Translations under genes and position numbers: made by a program
Notes under the pieces: model-generated
What the model saw: only the letters and a program-made list of their open reading frames with translations
Told to the model about the DNA's origin: nothing
Databases searched by the model: none
Origin: Patescibacteria group bacterium
GTDB lineage: Bacteria; Patescibacteriota; Minisyncoccia; Phycocordibacterales; Phycocordibacteraceae
Reading direction: 5' to 3'
NCBI GenBank assembly: GCA_040388985.1
Contig: JAZKAU010000002.1
Span: forward strand, 119,642 to 183,641
DNA length: 64,000 nucleotides
In this document: piece after piece, positions 10,400-20,145 of the stretch
Layout: each line of letters starts with the position of its first letter
Position numbering within the stretch: position 1 is the first letter of the stretch

Positions 10400-11167
10400 T
10401 TAGTGCAATTCTCTCCCCATTTCCCTGCTCCACTTCTCACGAATCGCACCAAGGTCGTTGTAGTATCCGTGATCAAATCCAGGCATGGGTTTGTATATTT
10501 TTATTTCAGACCACAAGGTCGCTTTTTCTAGGTACGGTATAGAGCGTGCAACAAGTTCTCGCGTTGAAAGCCAGTAGCGCTCGTCTGCAAATGGCCGTAG
10601 CGATCGTTCCTTATCTGTAGCAACCGTGCTGACTTCAAAGAATACGGAATGCACCAGGCCGTCCGAATTCTCTGCAAATATCCGCATACGTTCCCGCAGC
10701 TTAAGCTTTGCGCGTGAATAAGACCGCCAGTACTTAATGTCGTATGGATCGCTCAGAGAGCCGAAGGCGCACGCCGTGATTGGTATCGGTCGGCGTTCCT
10801 TATTAACGCAAGCAAGTAAAGGAAAGAAGACGTTCTCGAACGTTTTAATATTAGACGCGAGAATCTCGTCATCAATACCATCCTCGTCCTTATCCCATTC
10901 AGGAATCCCCTCAGCTTCGAATTTAAACATCCCCACCGGATGGATGAAAATTATTTCACCCACCTCCTTTAATGAGATTTCTCTAATGCTTACCTCAACT
11001 GCTTTCGTTTCGAGCAGGTCGACAATAATGTCGTCCGGTCTTGTCGATTCCATCGCTCTACGTGAGATCCCGATACACTTCGTTTTGGGTTTCTTGCTGA
11101 AGTAATCCATATACGCGCGCCCGAGCGTGCCACTTGCGCCTGACACGATGACCAGTTTATTTTTCAT
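10400..11167 (-). CDS. NAD(P)-binding Rossmann-fold protein, atypical SDR-like
   Basis: N-terminal VSGASGTLG glycine motif; 255 aa; divergently transcribed from the wHTH gene at 11263. Confidence 0.45.
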   Translation of the reverse strand: MKNKLVIVSGASGTLGRAYMDYFSKKPKTKCIGISRRAMESTRPDDIIVDLLETKAVEVSIREISLKEVGEIIFIHPVGMFKFEAEGIPEWDKDEDGIDDEILASNIKTFENVFFPLLACVNKERRPIPITACAFGSLSDPYDIKYWRSYSRAKLKLRERMRIFAENSDGLVHSVFFEVSTVATDKERSLRPFADERYWLSTRELVARSIPYLEKATLWSEIKIYKPMPGFDHGYYNDLGAIREKWSREMGRELH

Positions 11168-11262
11168 TCCGCGAGCGTATCGCAGATATTTGACTTACTA
11201 AAATAAATGTTGCATTCAGTACAATAAGTAAAATATATTTTTACTTCTGCTATGCTAGATAA

Positions 11263-12087
11263 ATGGATATATTGAAGCCGAAGAGTATAGAAGAAATGGT
11301 CATCTCCCTTCTACGGCAAGGACCCCTATCGAATGCTGAACTTCTGGCGAGCGTCCGAATCCAACGCGGCGTACTTACGAAACAAGGATTCTACGCAGCA
11401 CTTCGAAAGCTTAAGAAAGAGGAAATCGTAGTCGTATATAAAAAAATCACCGCACTTAATGCAAGTTGGATAGAGCGCATGCAGCGATTGGTCGAGACCA
11501 TGCGTGACTCTTATGTCGGGAGCGACCAGGCCCGCATCACTGACTTGGCAGATCGTGAAAGTGTTTCGTATGTATTCCTGAACATTCGCCACCTTGATGT
11601 CTTCTGGGGTCACGCCCAGAATCTGCTCATAAGTGCTGCCCCGAAGGGAGCCGCCCTGCTTGCTTACGACCCGCACTACTGGTTCTATATCGCGCGCAAA
11701 GAGACAGAACAGGAACTCTTGAAGCAAGTCGTATCAAGCGGACGCCAGTTTCTCATGACGGTCGGCGGCAATACGAAGCTCGATCGCTCCATCAAGGCAG
11801 ATTTTAAAACGGATATGCAGCAATACCACATTAATCGTGCATTTGAACGGAATACATACTATGTAACTGTCATTGGAGACTTCATATTAGAAGTGTATCT
11901 AGATGCTTCGGTTGCGCGGACAGTCGAAGATATTTACGCGCTAGGCTCTGTAGACGCCGAAACCAAACTTGTGGATCTGCTTACAAGACGCAGCAGAAAC
12001 CGATTACGCATATCCAGGAATTATGCTCGGGCGGAGCAGATACGGACACGTCTCAGCAAACACTTTTATATAAAGAACGAGGCTTAG
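11263..12087 (+). CDS. winged-helix protein, paralog family 2 (member A); putative transcriptional regulator
   Basis: 274 aa; shares motifs with 37959..38783 (HLD.FW, YDPHYWFY/YNPHNFWAY, GDFILEV/GDFIITV); N-terminal wHTH-like segment. Confidence 0.5.
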   Translation: MDILKPKSIEEMVISLLRQGPLSNAELLASVRIQRGVLTKQGFYAALRKLKKEEIVVVYKKITALNASWIERMQRLVETMRDSYVGSDQARITDLADRESVSYVFLNIRHLDVFWGHAQNLLISAAPKGAALLAYDPHYWFYIARKETEQELLKQVVSSGRQFLMTVGGNTKLDRSIKADFKTDMQQYHINRAFERNTYYVTVIGDFILEVYLDASVARTVEDIYALGSVDAETKLVDLLTRRSRNRLRISRNYARAEQIRTRLSKHFYIKNEA

Positions 12088-13665
12088 TCACTCGAATCCG
12101 AACAACCCACGCGGACGATACTGGAGCGCTTCAAGTATGTGTGGAGCTTCCACGCTGTCGGAGTCCGCGAGGTCGGCGATGGTGCGAGCGACACGCATGG
12201 TCCGGTGATAGCTGCGCGGCGAGAGATTGAGCTTCTTGGCAGATGCAAGTAGGGCGGCATTGGCCTCACTCGTGAAGTAAGACTGTTCTTCAAGCTCGCG
12301 CGAGGTAAGGCGTCCGTTCACCGCATCGTCTCGTTCCAAGCGCCGCGCCATCCGACTACGCGCCGCCTCTACCCGCGCCCGTACTATCTCTGACGGCTCG
12401 CCTTCCCCGAGACTCGCTAATGTCTCGTGCGGAATGTGCGCGACCTCGACCCAGAGGTCGAGACGGTCCGCGATGGGGCGTGATATCTTCTTCGCCTGCT
12501 TCAACGCCTGACGCACGGCGACTTCCGCATCTGCTGAAAGCGTTTCTGCCGGATTCATCGCGGCGACGAGCATGAAGTCGGCGGGGAATACTATCGTCGC
12601 CTTCGTTCTCGCCACGGTGACCATGCGGTCCTCAAGCGGCTGACGCAGCGCCTCAAGCGCGCGTGCGTCGAACTCCGCGAACTCGTCCAGGAAGAGTACT
12701 CCATAATGGGCGAGCGTCACTTCGCCCGCGCGCGGATAGGCTCCACCGCCCACGATGGCGGTGTGCGAGACCGTGTGATGCGGCGCACGGAAGGGCGGCC
12801 AGCGGAGCAGGCCGCCCGCAGGAAGTGCACCTGCCGTCGAATGTATGGCGGTTACCTCAAGGAGCTCGTTCTCCGAAAGTGCCGGGAGTATTCCCGGGAG
12901 TGCGCGAGCGAGCATGGTCTTGCCGGTACCGGGAGGGCCATAGAGGACGAGATTATGCCGACCCGCGGCCGCTATCTCAAGCGCGCGCTTGGCACCTTCC
13001 TGTCCCTTCACATCCCTGAGGTCGATTGCCGGAGGACGCACATCTGGCAGTGGCGAGCGTTCTGCGGCCACGAGCTTCTTCTTACCGCTGATGTGTTCGA
13101 CTATCTGCCGCAGACTTTCAGCCGCATAGATCTGTACGCCCGGTACGAGAAGCGCTTCGAAGGCGTTAGCAGACGGCACGAATACGTCAGCGATACCTTC
13201 TTGCTTCGCTCGTATGACTTGTGCGACCGCGCCGCGCACGCTGCGGAGCGTTCCATCGAGCCCGAGCTCACCCGTGTAGAGCGCGGGAGTCTCCGGAAGA
13301 GTGATATCTCCGGCTGCAGCCAAGTAAGCGAGCGCCAGCGGCAGGTCATAGTGAGAGCCTTCCTTCTTGAGGTCAGCCGGAGAGAGCGAGAGGATGATGC
13401 GTTTATTCGTGGCCTTCGGCGACTTGAAACCGGCGTGGCGTATGGCGCTTGAAATACGGTCTCGAGCTTCTTCCACCGCCTTGTCCGGCAACCCCACGAC
13501 CGAGAACGCATGCAGGCCGCGCGATAGATCAGCTTCGATGGTCACAAGCTCAGCGCCAGCGCCCACTGGTTGCGCAGCGAAGACGCGAGCATAGCCGCCT
13601 TTCTCCTTATTTTTCTTATCGGTTTCTTCGACACCTCCCATACCTCCATTTTCCAGAACAAGCAC
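12088..13665 (-). CDS. comM: YifB/ComM family Mg-chelatase-like AAA+ ATPase
   Basis: N-terminal Lon-like domain, Walker A GPPGTGKT, ChlI-type AAA module, C-terminal Mg-chelatase domain. The start may be GTG at 13665 or ATG at 13641. Confidence 0.85.
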   Translation of the reverse strand: MLVLENGGMGGVEETDKKNKEKGGYARVFAAQPVGAGAELVTIEADLSRGLHAFSVVGLPDKAVEEARDRISSAIRHAGFKSPKATNKRIILSLSPADLKKEGSHYDLPLALAYLAAAGDITLPETPALYTGELGLDGTLRSVRGAVAQVIRAKQEGIADVFVPSANAFEALLVPGVQIYAAESLRQIVEHISGKKKLVAAERSPLPDVRPPAIDLRDVKGQEGAKRALEIAAAGRHNLVLYGPPGTGKTMLARALPGILPALSENELLEVTAIHSTAGALPAGGLLRWPPFRAPHHTVSHTAIVGGGAYPRAGEVTLAHYGVLFLDEFAEFDARALEALRQPLEDRMVTVARTKATIVFPADFMLVAAMNPAETLSADAEVAVRQALKQAKKISRPIADRLDLWVEVAHIPHETLASLGEGEPSEIVRARVEAARSRMARRLERDDAVNGRLTSRELEEQSYFTSEANAALLASAKKLNLSPRSYHRTMRVARTIADLADSDSVEAPHILEALQYRPRGLFGFE

Positions 13666-13715
13666 CCTCGAAGTGTCTTAGTAGACTGTGGAAATCACAG
13701 AATATACTTTATAAA

Positions 13716-13753
13716 AAATACATCGAGTCCTCTTTAGAGGACTCGATGTATTT
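13716..13753. terminator. perfect 17-bp stem hairpin flanked by A-tract and T-tract (bidirectional intrinsic terminator-like)
   Basis: aaatacatcgagtcctc-ttta-gaggactcgatgtattt; downstream of the minus-strand membrane-protein gene and upstream of the comM start. Confidence 0.6.
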
Positions 13754-13769
13754 TCGTTTGAACCGATAC

Positions 13770-14435
13770 TTAACTTGCAGCAACTATTTCCGGTTCCTTA
13801 TATTCCCGAGAAAGCACGCGATACGCATGCACGACGGCAAGAGCTGAGACGGGCAAGGTTACCAGAAGCCCTACGATAAGCGCGATGAAGCCGACGATAT
13901 TTATACCCACAAGCGCAAGTCCGAGTAAGAACATCCGCCAACGATTCCCTTTCGTGATCGCGCGGCTGCGCTTGAGCGCGTCTACAGGGCCGAGACCGTC
14001 CTCGATAACGCCATAAAGCGCAAAGCCGAACATGATGCCAAGGATGATACCCGGGACGATGAGCAGAATGAAGCCTATGAGCAGGATTACCGTGAGAAGG
14101 ATAGACGTCCCAACGAACTTCAAGTATGGAGATGGGTGCCACAGAGTGCGTACTGAGACGTCGGACACCACGTCATGCGCTTTCAGGAAGAAGGAAATCT
14201 TTCCCATGCTTACGAGGAACGTGAGTGCCATACCGGCTATCGCTGAGATGATCGCAACGACGGTCGACTCCGGTCCGAGCACGTATGCTCCGCCGACTTG
14301 CAGCATCGACTGGAATCCGCTTATGAGCATGTTGACGAGCAGGAGAAGTACGCCGACGCCGATGAATATCCACGGGCGAGTCTTGAAGGTGTTCCATCCA
14401 GACGTCAGGCACTCTTTTACCGAGAGGGTGTACAT
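13770..14435 (-). CDS. polytopic membrane protein of unknown function
   Basis: 221 aa with 5-6 hydrophobic helices; ATG lies 4 nt after the dksA-like stop (operon). Confidence 0.5.
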   Translation of the reverse strand: MYTLSVKECLTSGWNTFKTRPWIFIGVGVLLLLVNMLISGFQSMLQVGGAYVLGPESTVVAIISAIAGMALTFLVSMGKISFFLKAHDVVSDVSVRTLWHPSPYLKFVGTSILLTVILLIGFILLIVPGIILGIMFGFALYGVIEDGLGPVDALKRSRAITKGNRWRMFLLGLALVGINIVGFIALIVGLLVTLPVSALAVVHAYRVLSREYKEPEIVAAS

Positions 14436-14439
14436 ATGA

Positions 14440-14832
14440 TTATCCGTTCATATGCGCCTTGCAGGTCTTTGCTGACGGGTCGGCGTTCAGCCGATCTTCC
14501 TCGATGGCTTCGCCCGACACTGCGCATATGCCGTAAGTGCCCTTTTCAATGCGTTCAAGCGCAGCGAGGACGTCGTTGTAGCGTATCTCGAGCTCCTTGA
14601 GTATCGCCGTATTATCGCCGAAATGCTCTATGAGGTCGGCACGATCGTTGGGGTCCGCCTCGAGCCCGGTTTCCTGAGGCACTGGTTCCCAATCGTTCGG
14701 GTTCGACGGATTACGCCTTCCTACGCTCTCAAGCTCGGTCTCAAGGACCTTCTTTTCGTCTTCAAGCCGCCCTTTGTATATGCTGGTGTCGTTCATGACT
14801 GAAACTGTAGCATGGCCCTGCCCTGCCAGCAC
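14440..14832 (-). CDS. dksA: DksA/TraR family transcription factor with degenerate (2-Cys) zinc finger
   Basis: N-terminal coiled coil, C-terminal C-x(n)-RL-A-P-A-x-C motif with only two Cys; 130 aa. Confidence 0.65.
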   Translation of the reverse strand: MLAGQGHATVSVMNDTSIYKGRLEDEKKVLETELESVGRRNPSNPNDWEPVPQETGLEADPNDRADLIEHFGDNTAILKELEIRYNDVLAALERIEKGTYGICAVSGEAIEEDRLNADPSAKTCKAHMNG

Positions 14833-14841
14833 GGGAATCCA

Positions 14842-16494
14842 CTAATTCCCTGAGGCAGGACTAAGTCGGGCGATAAGCGCGGAGAATGCCGCCTCGTCGC
14901 GGGCGATGATAAGCGTATCCTTCCCGTGATAGCCATAAAGTAGGAGACTGCGTCCTTGTGCATCTCTGAGCACCCGCACGTCCTGGTTGGCGACGACCGC
15001 GTCCGAGAAATAAGGAGACGCTGGTGCAGGAAGGGGGGCTGCTGTCGGAGTGCTACTCGACGTCGTTGCGACCGACGGCGTGATCGCCGTCGGATACGGT
15101 GGGAAGAGTACTGCCAAGTCAGTTGCCATCGTCGGTTCCCAGGCCAGCATGCCCGCGAATGTCCGTTCATAGGAGTTTACGCGAAGCACCAAGAACGGTT
15201 TCGACTCGCTTCCTGCGTGTATGGCGCCCACGGTGCTCGTCGTATCGATATTGCGCAGGAGGATGTCAGGCGCCGGAAGCGCGAACGCTGAAATGACCGC
15301 ACCCCCTGGTTGCGGGATCGAAGCCCCGGTTGTCCCAGGTTGCGAGAGGTATGTGATCACGACATTGCCGGCGACTGAGGCGCCGCCCGCTACGTCCGCG
15401 ATATTCTGCATGAGCGCGCTGCCCGTGCCATGCACTTCCACGCTTTCGTCGAAGGCCACGAGCGACGGAACACTTGCGACAAACGGGGCGGATGCGGGTC
15501 TATTCATGAATACGACGACCGCACCCGCGATGATGCCGATACCCAAGATCAGTAGCACGACTCCGATGACTAAGCGCGGCTGGATGCGGCGCGTCGGCTT
15601 CAGGCTCTGCACGGCGGGGGCGTCGTTCTGGGCTGCAAGTACGGAAAAGGTCGACGCGTTCTGCCGGTCGATGCGATCAGCGAAGTCGGAGCTGAAGGTG
15701 TGGAGCGGTGAAGCTAGTGGAGCAGGTACCACTACAGGCGCAGGTACCGGCTGCGGGCGCTCTGCTGCAGGCGTAGCAGAAGACAAGGTCGCTTTGAAGG
15801 CAGCTTCCGAAGGGTTGAAGACAGGCGCGGCGGTTCGCAGTAGCTCCGGCTCCTGTAGCGCGCTCGGAGGTGGCGACACTATCGCTTCTGGTACCACTCT
15901 TGGTTGCGGCGCAGGTTGAGGTGCTATTACAGGCGCAGGCTCCTGCACTGCCGGAACGGATGCTTGCAGAGGACTTGGTTCCGTACCGTGGCTCGCAAGC
16001 TTAGCACGCAGGCGTGCGAGCACGGCCTCGCGTCCTGGATCCGGAGGCAGCTCTACGGCCGGCGCAGGGATTGGAGTAGGAGCCGGTGCAGGAGCCGGCA
16101 TAGGCACAGGAGCCTTAGGCAGATCCGGAATGACATTTACCCCTGCCTGCGGCATGAGCGGCGTCTTTTGCGGCTCCGATTTCGAGACGAAGATACCATC
16201 CGAGTCATCTTTGGATAGCGTGACCATTTCCTGCTCGAATTCCTTCGGAGAGACGGGATCGTTCTTGTGATCCACAGGTGATGCGTCGAATTCAGGAAGC
16301 GTCACTGCCGCATCTTGAACGTCTGGAGTCACGGTGGGTGCAGAAGATACTGCGGAGGCGGGCGACTGCTCGGCCTTCGGCGGGATCTTAGAGAGCTGCG
16401 CGACGTCTTTGGCGTACGTGCGTATGTACTGCGACGGGTCGTCGGGCGGAGTAAAGGTGCCGTCTGTCTGTGGCTTCACGTCGTCAGCATTCAT
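14842..16494 (-). CDS. Pro/Ala-rich bitopic membrane protein (cytoplasmic proline-rich N-terminus, one TM, extracytoplasmic C-terminal domain)
   Basis: 550 aa; PAPAPAPTPIPAP-type low complexity; one TM segment (VIGVVLLILGIGIIAGAVVVF); ATG start confirmed. Confidence 0.5.
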   Translation of the reverse strand: MNADDVKPQTDGTFTPPDDPSQYIRTYAKDVAQLSKIPPKAEQSPASAVSSAPTVTPDVQDAAVTLPEFDASPVDHKNDPVSPKEFEQEMVTLSKDDSDGIFVSKSEPQKTPLMPQAGVNVIPDLPKAPVPMPAPAPAPTPIPAPAVELPPDPGREAVLARLRAKLASHGTEPSPLQASVPAVQEPAPVIAPQPAPQPRVVPEAIVSPPPSALQEPELLRTAAPVFNPSEAAFKATLSSATPAAERPQPVPAPVVVPAPLASPLHTFSSDFADRIDRQNASTFSVLAAQNDAPAVQSLKPTRRIQPRLVIGVVLLILGIGIIAGAVVVFMNRPASAPFVASVPSLVAFDESVEVHGTGSALMQNIADVAGGASVAGNVVITYLSQPGTTGASIPQPGGAVISAFALPAPDILLRNIDTTSTVGAIHAGSESKPFLVLRVNSYERTFAGMLAWEPTMATDLAVLFPPYPTAITPSVATTSSSTPTAAPLPAPASPYFSDAVVANQDVRVLRDAQGRSLLLYGYHGKDTLIIARDEAAFSALIARLSPASGN

Positions 16495-16567
16495 TTCCCT
16501 CTATTCTACATGCAGGGCCCCCTTGGCGGGGGCCCTGCATGTGTACTGACTATGATCCGAGGGCCTG

Positions 16568-17080
16568 CTAGCGCTGCCCTATGAGAAACTTTTTCGGATC
16601 GTCGCACATATCCGTGAAGGCATGCGCCGCTTCCTTGAGCTTCGCGCTTGAAGACTTCCCGAAGGAGATTACTTCTACCTGGCAGCCCATGTGCATGTCC
16701 AAGTATTCGATGAGCGGTACAAAGTCACCGTCACCGGTCGCAAGTATCACCGTATCAAGCTTGGGACCGAGCTTAACCGCGTCTATAGCGATGCCTACGT
16801 CCCAGTCCGCTTTCTTAGCGCCGTCGGAGAATATCTGAAGGCCTTTCACCTTCGTCTCGATGCCGATCTTCGTAAGCGCATCGAAGAAAGCCGATTCGTC
16901 CCCGCTTTCCGTGGAGATTACGTAGGCGATAGCACGAACGAGCGTGCGGTCCCCCACCGCCTCTTTGAGGACATTGGCGAAGTTCACGCGGGTCTTATAA
17001 AGATGCTTTGCGCTATGGTACAGGTTCTGCGTATCGATGAATACGCCTACGCGCTGTGCCGGATGTTTTATGACTGCCAT
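16568..17080 (-). CDS. NYN/LabA-like domain protein (DUF88)
   Basis: VGVFIDTQNLY...DVGIAIDAV...ATGDGDF motifs. The ORF M1 is TTG, so the internal ATG at 17080 (MAVIKHP) is the likely start. Confidence 0.7.
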   Translation of the reverse strand: MAVIKHPAQRVGVFIDTQNLYHSAKHLYKTRVNFANVLKEAVGDRTLVRAIAYVISTESGDESAFFDALTKIGIETKVKGLQIFSDGAKKADWDVGIAIDAVKLGPKLDTVILATGDGDFVPLIEYLDMHMGCQVEVISFGKSSSAKLKEAAHAFTDMCDDPKKFLIGQR

Positions 17081-17231
17081 ATGAAATGAGTTATAGGAGC
17101 AGGAAGGGCTGCATGCCAGCAATCCTGCGAACCTTAAAATAATTATGTAAACCGTAACGGTGTGTTACAAGAGTATTCTAACACTTACAAAACGTTCCGA
17201 TACGCCTAATCTGCATGGAGCGAGGTGTTTT

Positions 17232-17282
17232 AAATAAAAAGGGTCAAGCGTAATGCAGCGAAGCGAAATGCACTTTTTATTT
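17232..17282. repeat. palindromic-armed element A (AAATAAAAAG ... core tgcagcgaagcgaaatgca ... CTTTTTATTT) in the rpsO 3' region
   Basis: 10-bp perfect inverted AT-rich arms; the core is 30/31 identical to the element upstream of rny (46134-46206), in opposite orientation relative to the adjacent gene. Confidence 0.6.
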
Positions 17283-17300
17283 AAAATTCCGAGCGGAACT

Positions 17301-17576
17301 TTACTTCTTGAGGCCCAGCTTCTTTATAAGAGAGCTGTACTGACGCTTGTTATTCTTCTCCAGGTAGCGGAGATGCGTGCGACGGTCAGCGACCATCTGC
17401 AGGAGTCCGCGGCGGGAGTGAAAATCCTTCTGATTCTTCTTGAGGTGGCTCGTAAGCTCCTCGATCTTGCGGGAAAGGATACCGACCTGGACTGCGGCTG
17501 AGCCGGTGTCCGTAGCATGCAGCGCCGTGTTCTTAATAACGGCTGTTTTTACGCGTTTTGTAAGCATTGAAGGCAT
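17301..17576 (-). CDS. rpsO: 30S ribosomal protein S15
   Basis: 91 aa; HSRRGLL...LIKKLGL S15 signature. Confidence 0.92.
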   Translation of the reverse strand: MPSMLTKRVKTAVIKNTALHATDTGSAAVQVGILSRKIEELTSHLKKNQKDFHSRRGLLQMVADRRTHLRYLEKNNKRQYSSLIKKLGLKK

Positions 17577-17656
17577 GGTACCACACCTTGATTAATCACG
17601 CAAGGGTGTTCTAGTTTCAAGCTCCGATGGCAGTCTGGGACAATGTTGAGAACTCT

Positions 17657-17953
17657 TTAGAACAGCTTTCCTCCAACAATAGCCTCGTCCCTATCGGGAC
17701 GTATTAGAATTACCTTCCCATTTTCGTCAGGTACTCCCAAAGTAAGAACTTCTGATTCAAATGGGCCGATCTTTCTAGGGGGAAAATTAACAACTCCCAA
17801 CACTTTCCTGCCAAGCAACTCGTCTTTTGTATACAAATCGACTATCTGAACTGACGAATTCTTTACACCAACTTCTGCACCAAAATCTATCTTTAGCTTA
17901 TACGCTGGCTTCTTTGCTTCTGGGAAGTTGTTAATTTCTACTATCTTACCCAC
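17657..17953 (-). CDS. tRNA-binding domain protein (CsaA/YgjH/EMAP-like OB fold)
   Basis: 98 aa; KLKIDFG...VVNFPPRKIG...S.GM motif typical of the MetRS C-terminal/CsaA tRNA-binding domain. Confidence 0.75.
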   Translation of the reverse strand: MGKIVEINNFPEAKKPAYKLKIDFGAEVGVKNSSVQIVDLYTKDELLGRKVLGVVNFPPRKIGPFESEVLTLGVPDENGKVILIRPDRDEAIVGGKLF

Positions 17954-18071
17954 ACGGATATCTAGCTGGAGAAAGTCATCAATGGTTGCCAGGCAGTAAG
18001 TGTAGCAAATATTGCTGGGAGAGTAGGTTTGGAAGCACTTCGCACAATACGCAGTGCGATATACTTAGTCC

Positions 18072-18980
18072 ATGAACGCTGAGCAGATGAAACGTGAATT
18101 CCTCGAATACACGGAAATCGAGCGTGGCCGGGCCGTGAAGACCATTCAGAACTACGACCATTACCTCACTCGCTTCTTCAAGCAGATGCAGATAGCCAGT
18201 GTGGGTGATATTACCGAAGACAAGGTCCGCGAGTTTCGCCTGTGGCTCAATCGTCAGCCCGGTACGAACAAGGACTCCATGAAGCGCAAGACTCAGAACT
18301 ACTACCTCATCGCGCTGCGCGCCTTTCTCAAATATCTGCGCAAGCGTGGCATCGAAGGTCTGTCCCCTGAACGCATTGAGCTTGCGAAGGTTCCTGACCG
18401 CCATCTCGATCTGATTTCCTCTGCTGAACTCGACCGCTTGCTCAACTCCGCTGACGGTACTGACGAGCGGGGGCTTCGCGATAAGGCCATACTTGAGCTC
18501 CTGTTCTCTACAGGGCTGCGTGTTTCTGAGCTCTGTTCGCTCGACCGCGATCTTGATCTCGCGCGCGACAGCTTCCCTATCCGGGGAAAGGGAGAGAAGG
18601 TGCGCGTCGTCTTCCTTTCGGACGCGGCCAAGGATGCGGTCCGCGCATATCTCAAAGCCCGGAAGGACCTCGAAGACGCGTTGTTCGTGAATGTGCCTCG
18701 TAGCAGGACTATCAAGACCGCACCGTCGCGCCTCACTCCCCGCTCCATCGAGATGATGATAAAGATATATGCCGCCAAGGCCGGCATCACGAAGAAAGTC
18801 ACGCCGCACGTCATGCGTCACTCATTCGCCACCGACCTGCTCAATAACGGCGCTGATATTCGTTCCGTACAGCAGCTTCTCGGTCACGCCTCAATCACCA
18901 CCACCCAGATCTACACGCACGTTACCGACGCGCACCTCGCCAACGTCCACAAGCAGTTCCATTCCCGCGATCGCAAGTGA
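18072..18980 (+). CDS. tyrosine site-specific recombinase, XerC/XerD family
   Basis: Phage-integrase N-terminal SAM-like domain; catalytic R...HxxR...Y (HVMRHSFATDLL...LGHASITTTQIYTHV); 302 aa. The antisense ORF 17979..18821 was rejected. Confidence 0.9.
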   Translation: MNAEQMKREFLEYTEIERGRAVKTIQNYDHYLTRFFKQMQIASVGDITEDKVREFRLWLNRQPGTNKDSMKRKTQNYYLIALRAFLKYLRKRGIEGLSPERIELAKVPDRHLDLISSAELDRLLNSADGTDERGLRDKAILELLFSTGLRVSELCSLDRDLDLARDSFPIRGKGEKVRVVFLSDAAKDAVRAYLKARKDLEDALFVNVPRSRTIKTAPSRLTPRSIEMMIKIYAAKAGITKKVTPHVMRHSFATDLLNNGADIRSVQQLLGHASITTTQIYTHVTDAHLANVHKQFHSRDRK

Positions 18981-19046
18981 CTTTGACAGTGGAAGCCGGC
19001 GCGGGTACCGTCTCTATAGGGCAGCATAAATAGTTAGGAGCGTCGC

Positions 19047-19535
19047 ATGCGACCGAGTAACCCACCAAGGAAATACTTCTCGGTTCATGCGGAGCTTACC
19101 GCACGCTTGGAGTCCGAGACATATCCCATCAATACGCTCGAGGAATACAGAGCGTATGCTGATTCGATCCCCTATTCGGAAGTGGGACGTATCATCGTCG
19201 AGGCCATCGATAGGATCACGCTTCCCTTGCGGAATCCTGATGGTTCGCCTGATCGGAAGGCCATCTATGAGCGCAGGAAGCTATTTAAGGGAGGGTCGTT
19301 GCCGCTCAGCGCCGAGATAGACCTGAATGTCTTCGCTGCATTGAGTAATACGCTCGAAAAGCGTACTGGAGAGTTCGCGGCTTTCGGCGAAGCGGCGAAG
19401 CAGAGCTCCTTCCGCGAATACGGGACATCGACCCCGCTCGAACTCGCGCACGACATAACCAATATGGTCAGCCGCCGGATCTTTGAGAATTCGAGCGTGC
19501 GCGCCCGCAACTTACTACCGGATGGCCTCCGGTAG
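19047..19535 (+). CDS. hypothetical protein
   Basis: 162-aa ORF with no recognisable motif. Confidence 0.35.
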   Translation: MRPSNPPRKYFSVHAELTARLESETYPINTLEEYRAYADSIPYSEVGRIIVEAIDRITLPLRNPDGSPDRKAIYERRKLFKGGSLPLSAEIDLNVFAALSNTLEKRTGEFAAFGEAAKQSSFREYGTSTPLELAHDITNMVSRRIFENSSVRARNLLPDGLR

Positions 19536-19557
19536 TATTTTTATGGACCATATTTCT

Positions 19558-20145
19558 TTAGGATTTCGACGGCTCGGATATCACCAACGGCAGCGTCTTA
19601 AGGTCATGTATGACCGGCCATTGGCCATTCCCCTTTCCTTTGTCCCGCCGCATCTCTATGACCTGCACCTGCGGGCACCACTTGGAGACTGAGGCGAGCT
19701 GGAAATGCCGGTCGTCGACGAAGGTCCAGGGACCCGGTTCCGTTGCAGTGAGTCGTGCGATAGTCCTCCCCTTTCTCCTGCTCGTGTATACGATGTCGGT
19801 GAGCTGCAACCCGAAGACTGCAGTGGTCACTTTCGCCGTTATGAATGCCCGTACTCCGTAAGTGACGATAGTGCAGTCGTGTGACGCCAGGAACCCGGGC
19901 GTATCTTCATATAGGAAGCATGCAAGTTCGCCTGGAGCGAATGAGAAACGACCGTGACTCAGAAACGTACCCCATGTACGAGAGAATCTCCGACGTCTGC
20001 TCATCGTTTCATCGTGACCAAAGAACTCGACCACTGCGGCCTTGAACTGAGTCAGTAGCTCGAGCAGTGTCGGTCTCTTCGCGAGACTCGCCTTGAAGGC
20101 GTCAGTGTCGAAGATCGTCCTATCAAAATCAAGAAAGTACTTCAT
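19558..20145 (-). CDS. HAD superfamily hydrolase
   Basis: Motif I FDFDRTIFD at the N-terminus when started at internal ATG 20145 (16 nt after the upstream stop); the longer ORF to 20226 is an N-terminal over-extension. Confidence 0.55.
   Translation of the reverse strand: MKYFLDFDRTIFDTDAFKASLAKRPTLLELLTQFKAAVVEFFGHDETMSRRRRFSRTWGTFLSHGRFSFAPGELACFLYEDTPGFLASHDCTIVTYGVRAFITAKVTTAVFGLQLTDIVYTSRRKGRTIARLTATEPGPWTFVDDRHFQLASVSKWCPQVQVIEMRRDKGKGNGQWPVIHDLKTLPLVISEPSKS

Noticed and set aside
17253-17501. ORF 17253..17501 (+), MQRSEMHFLF..., whose N-terminus matches the rny ORF N-terminus
   Set aside because: The shared peptide is just the translation of the conserved repeat-element core; the ORF is antisense to rpsO. 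The rny start was moved to the downstream ATG (MSIKLVL) where the TM anchor begins.
17979-18821. 280-aa minus-strand ORF overlapping xerC
   Set aside because: The plus-strand frame encodes a textbook tyrosine recombinase with all catalytic motifs; the antisense frame has no motifs.
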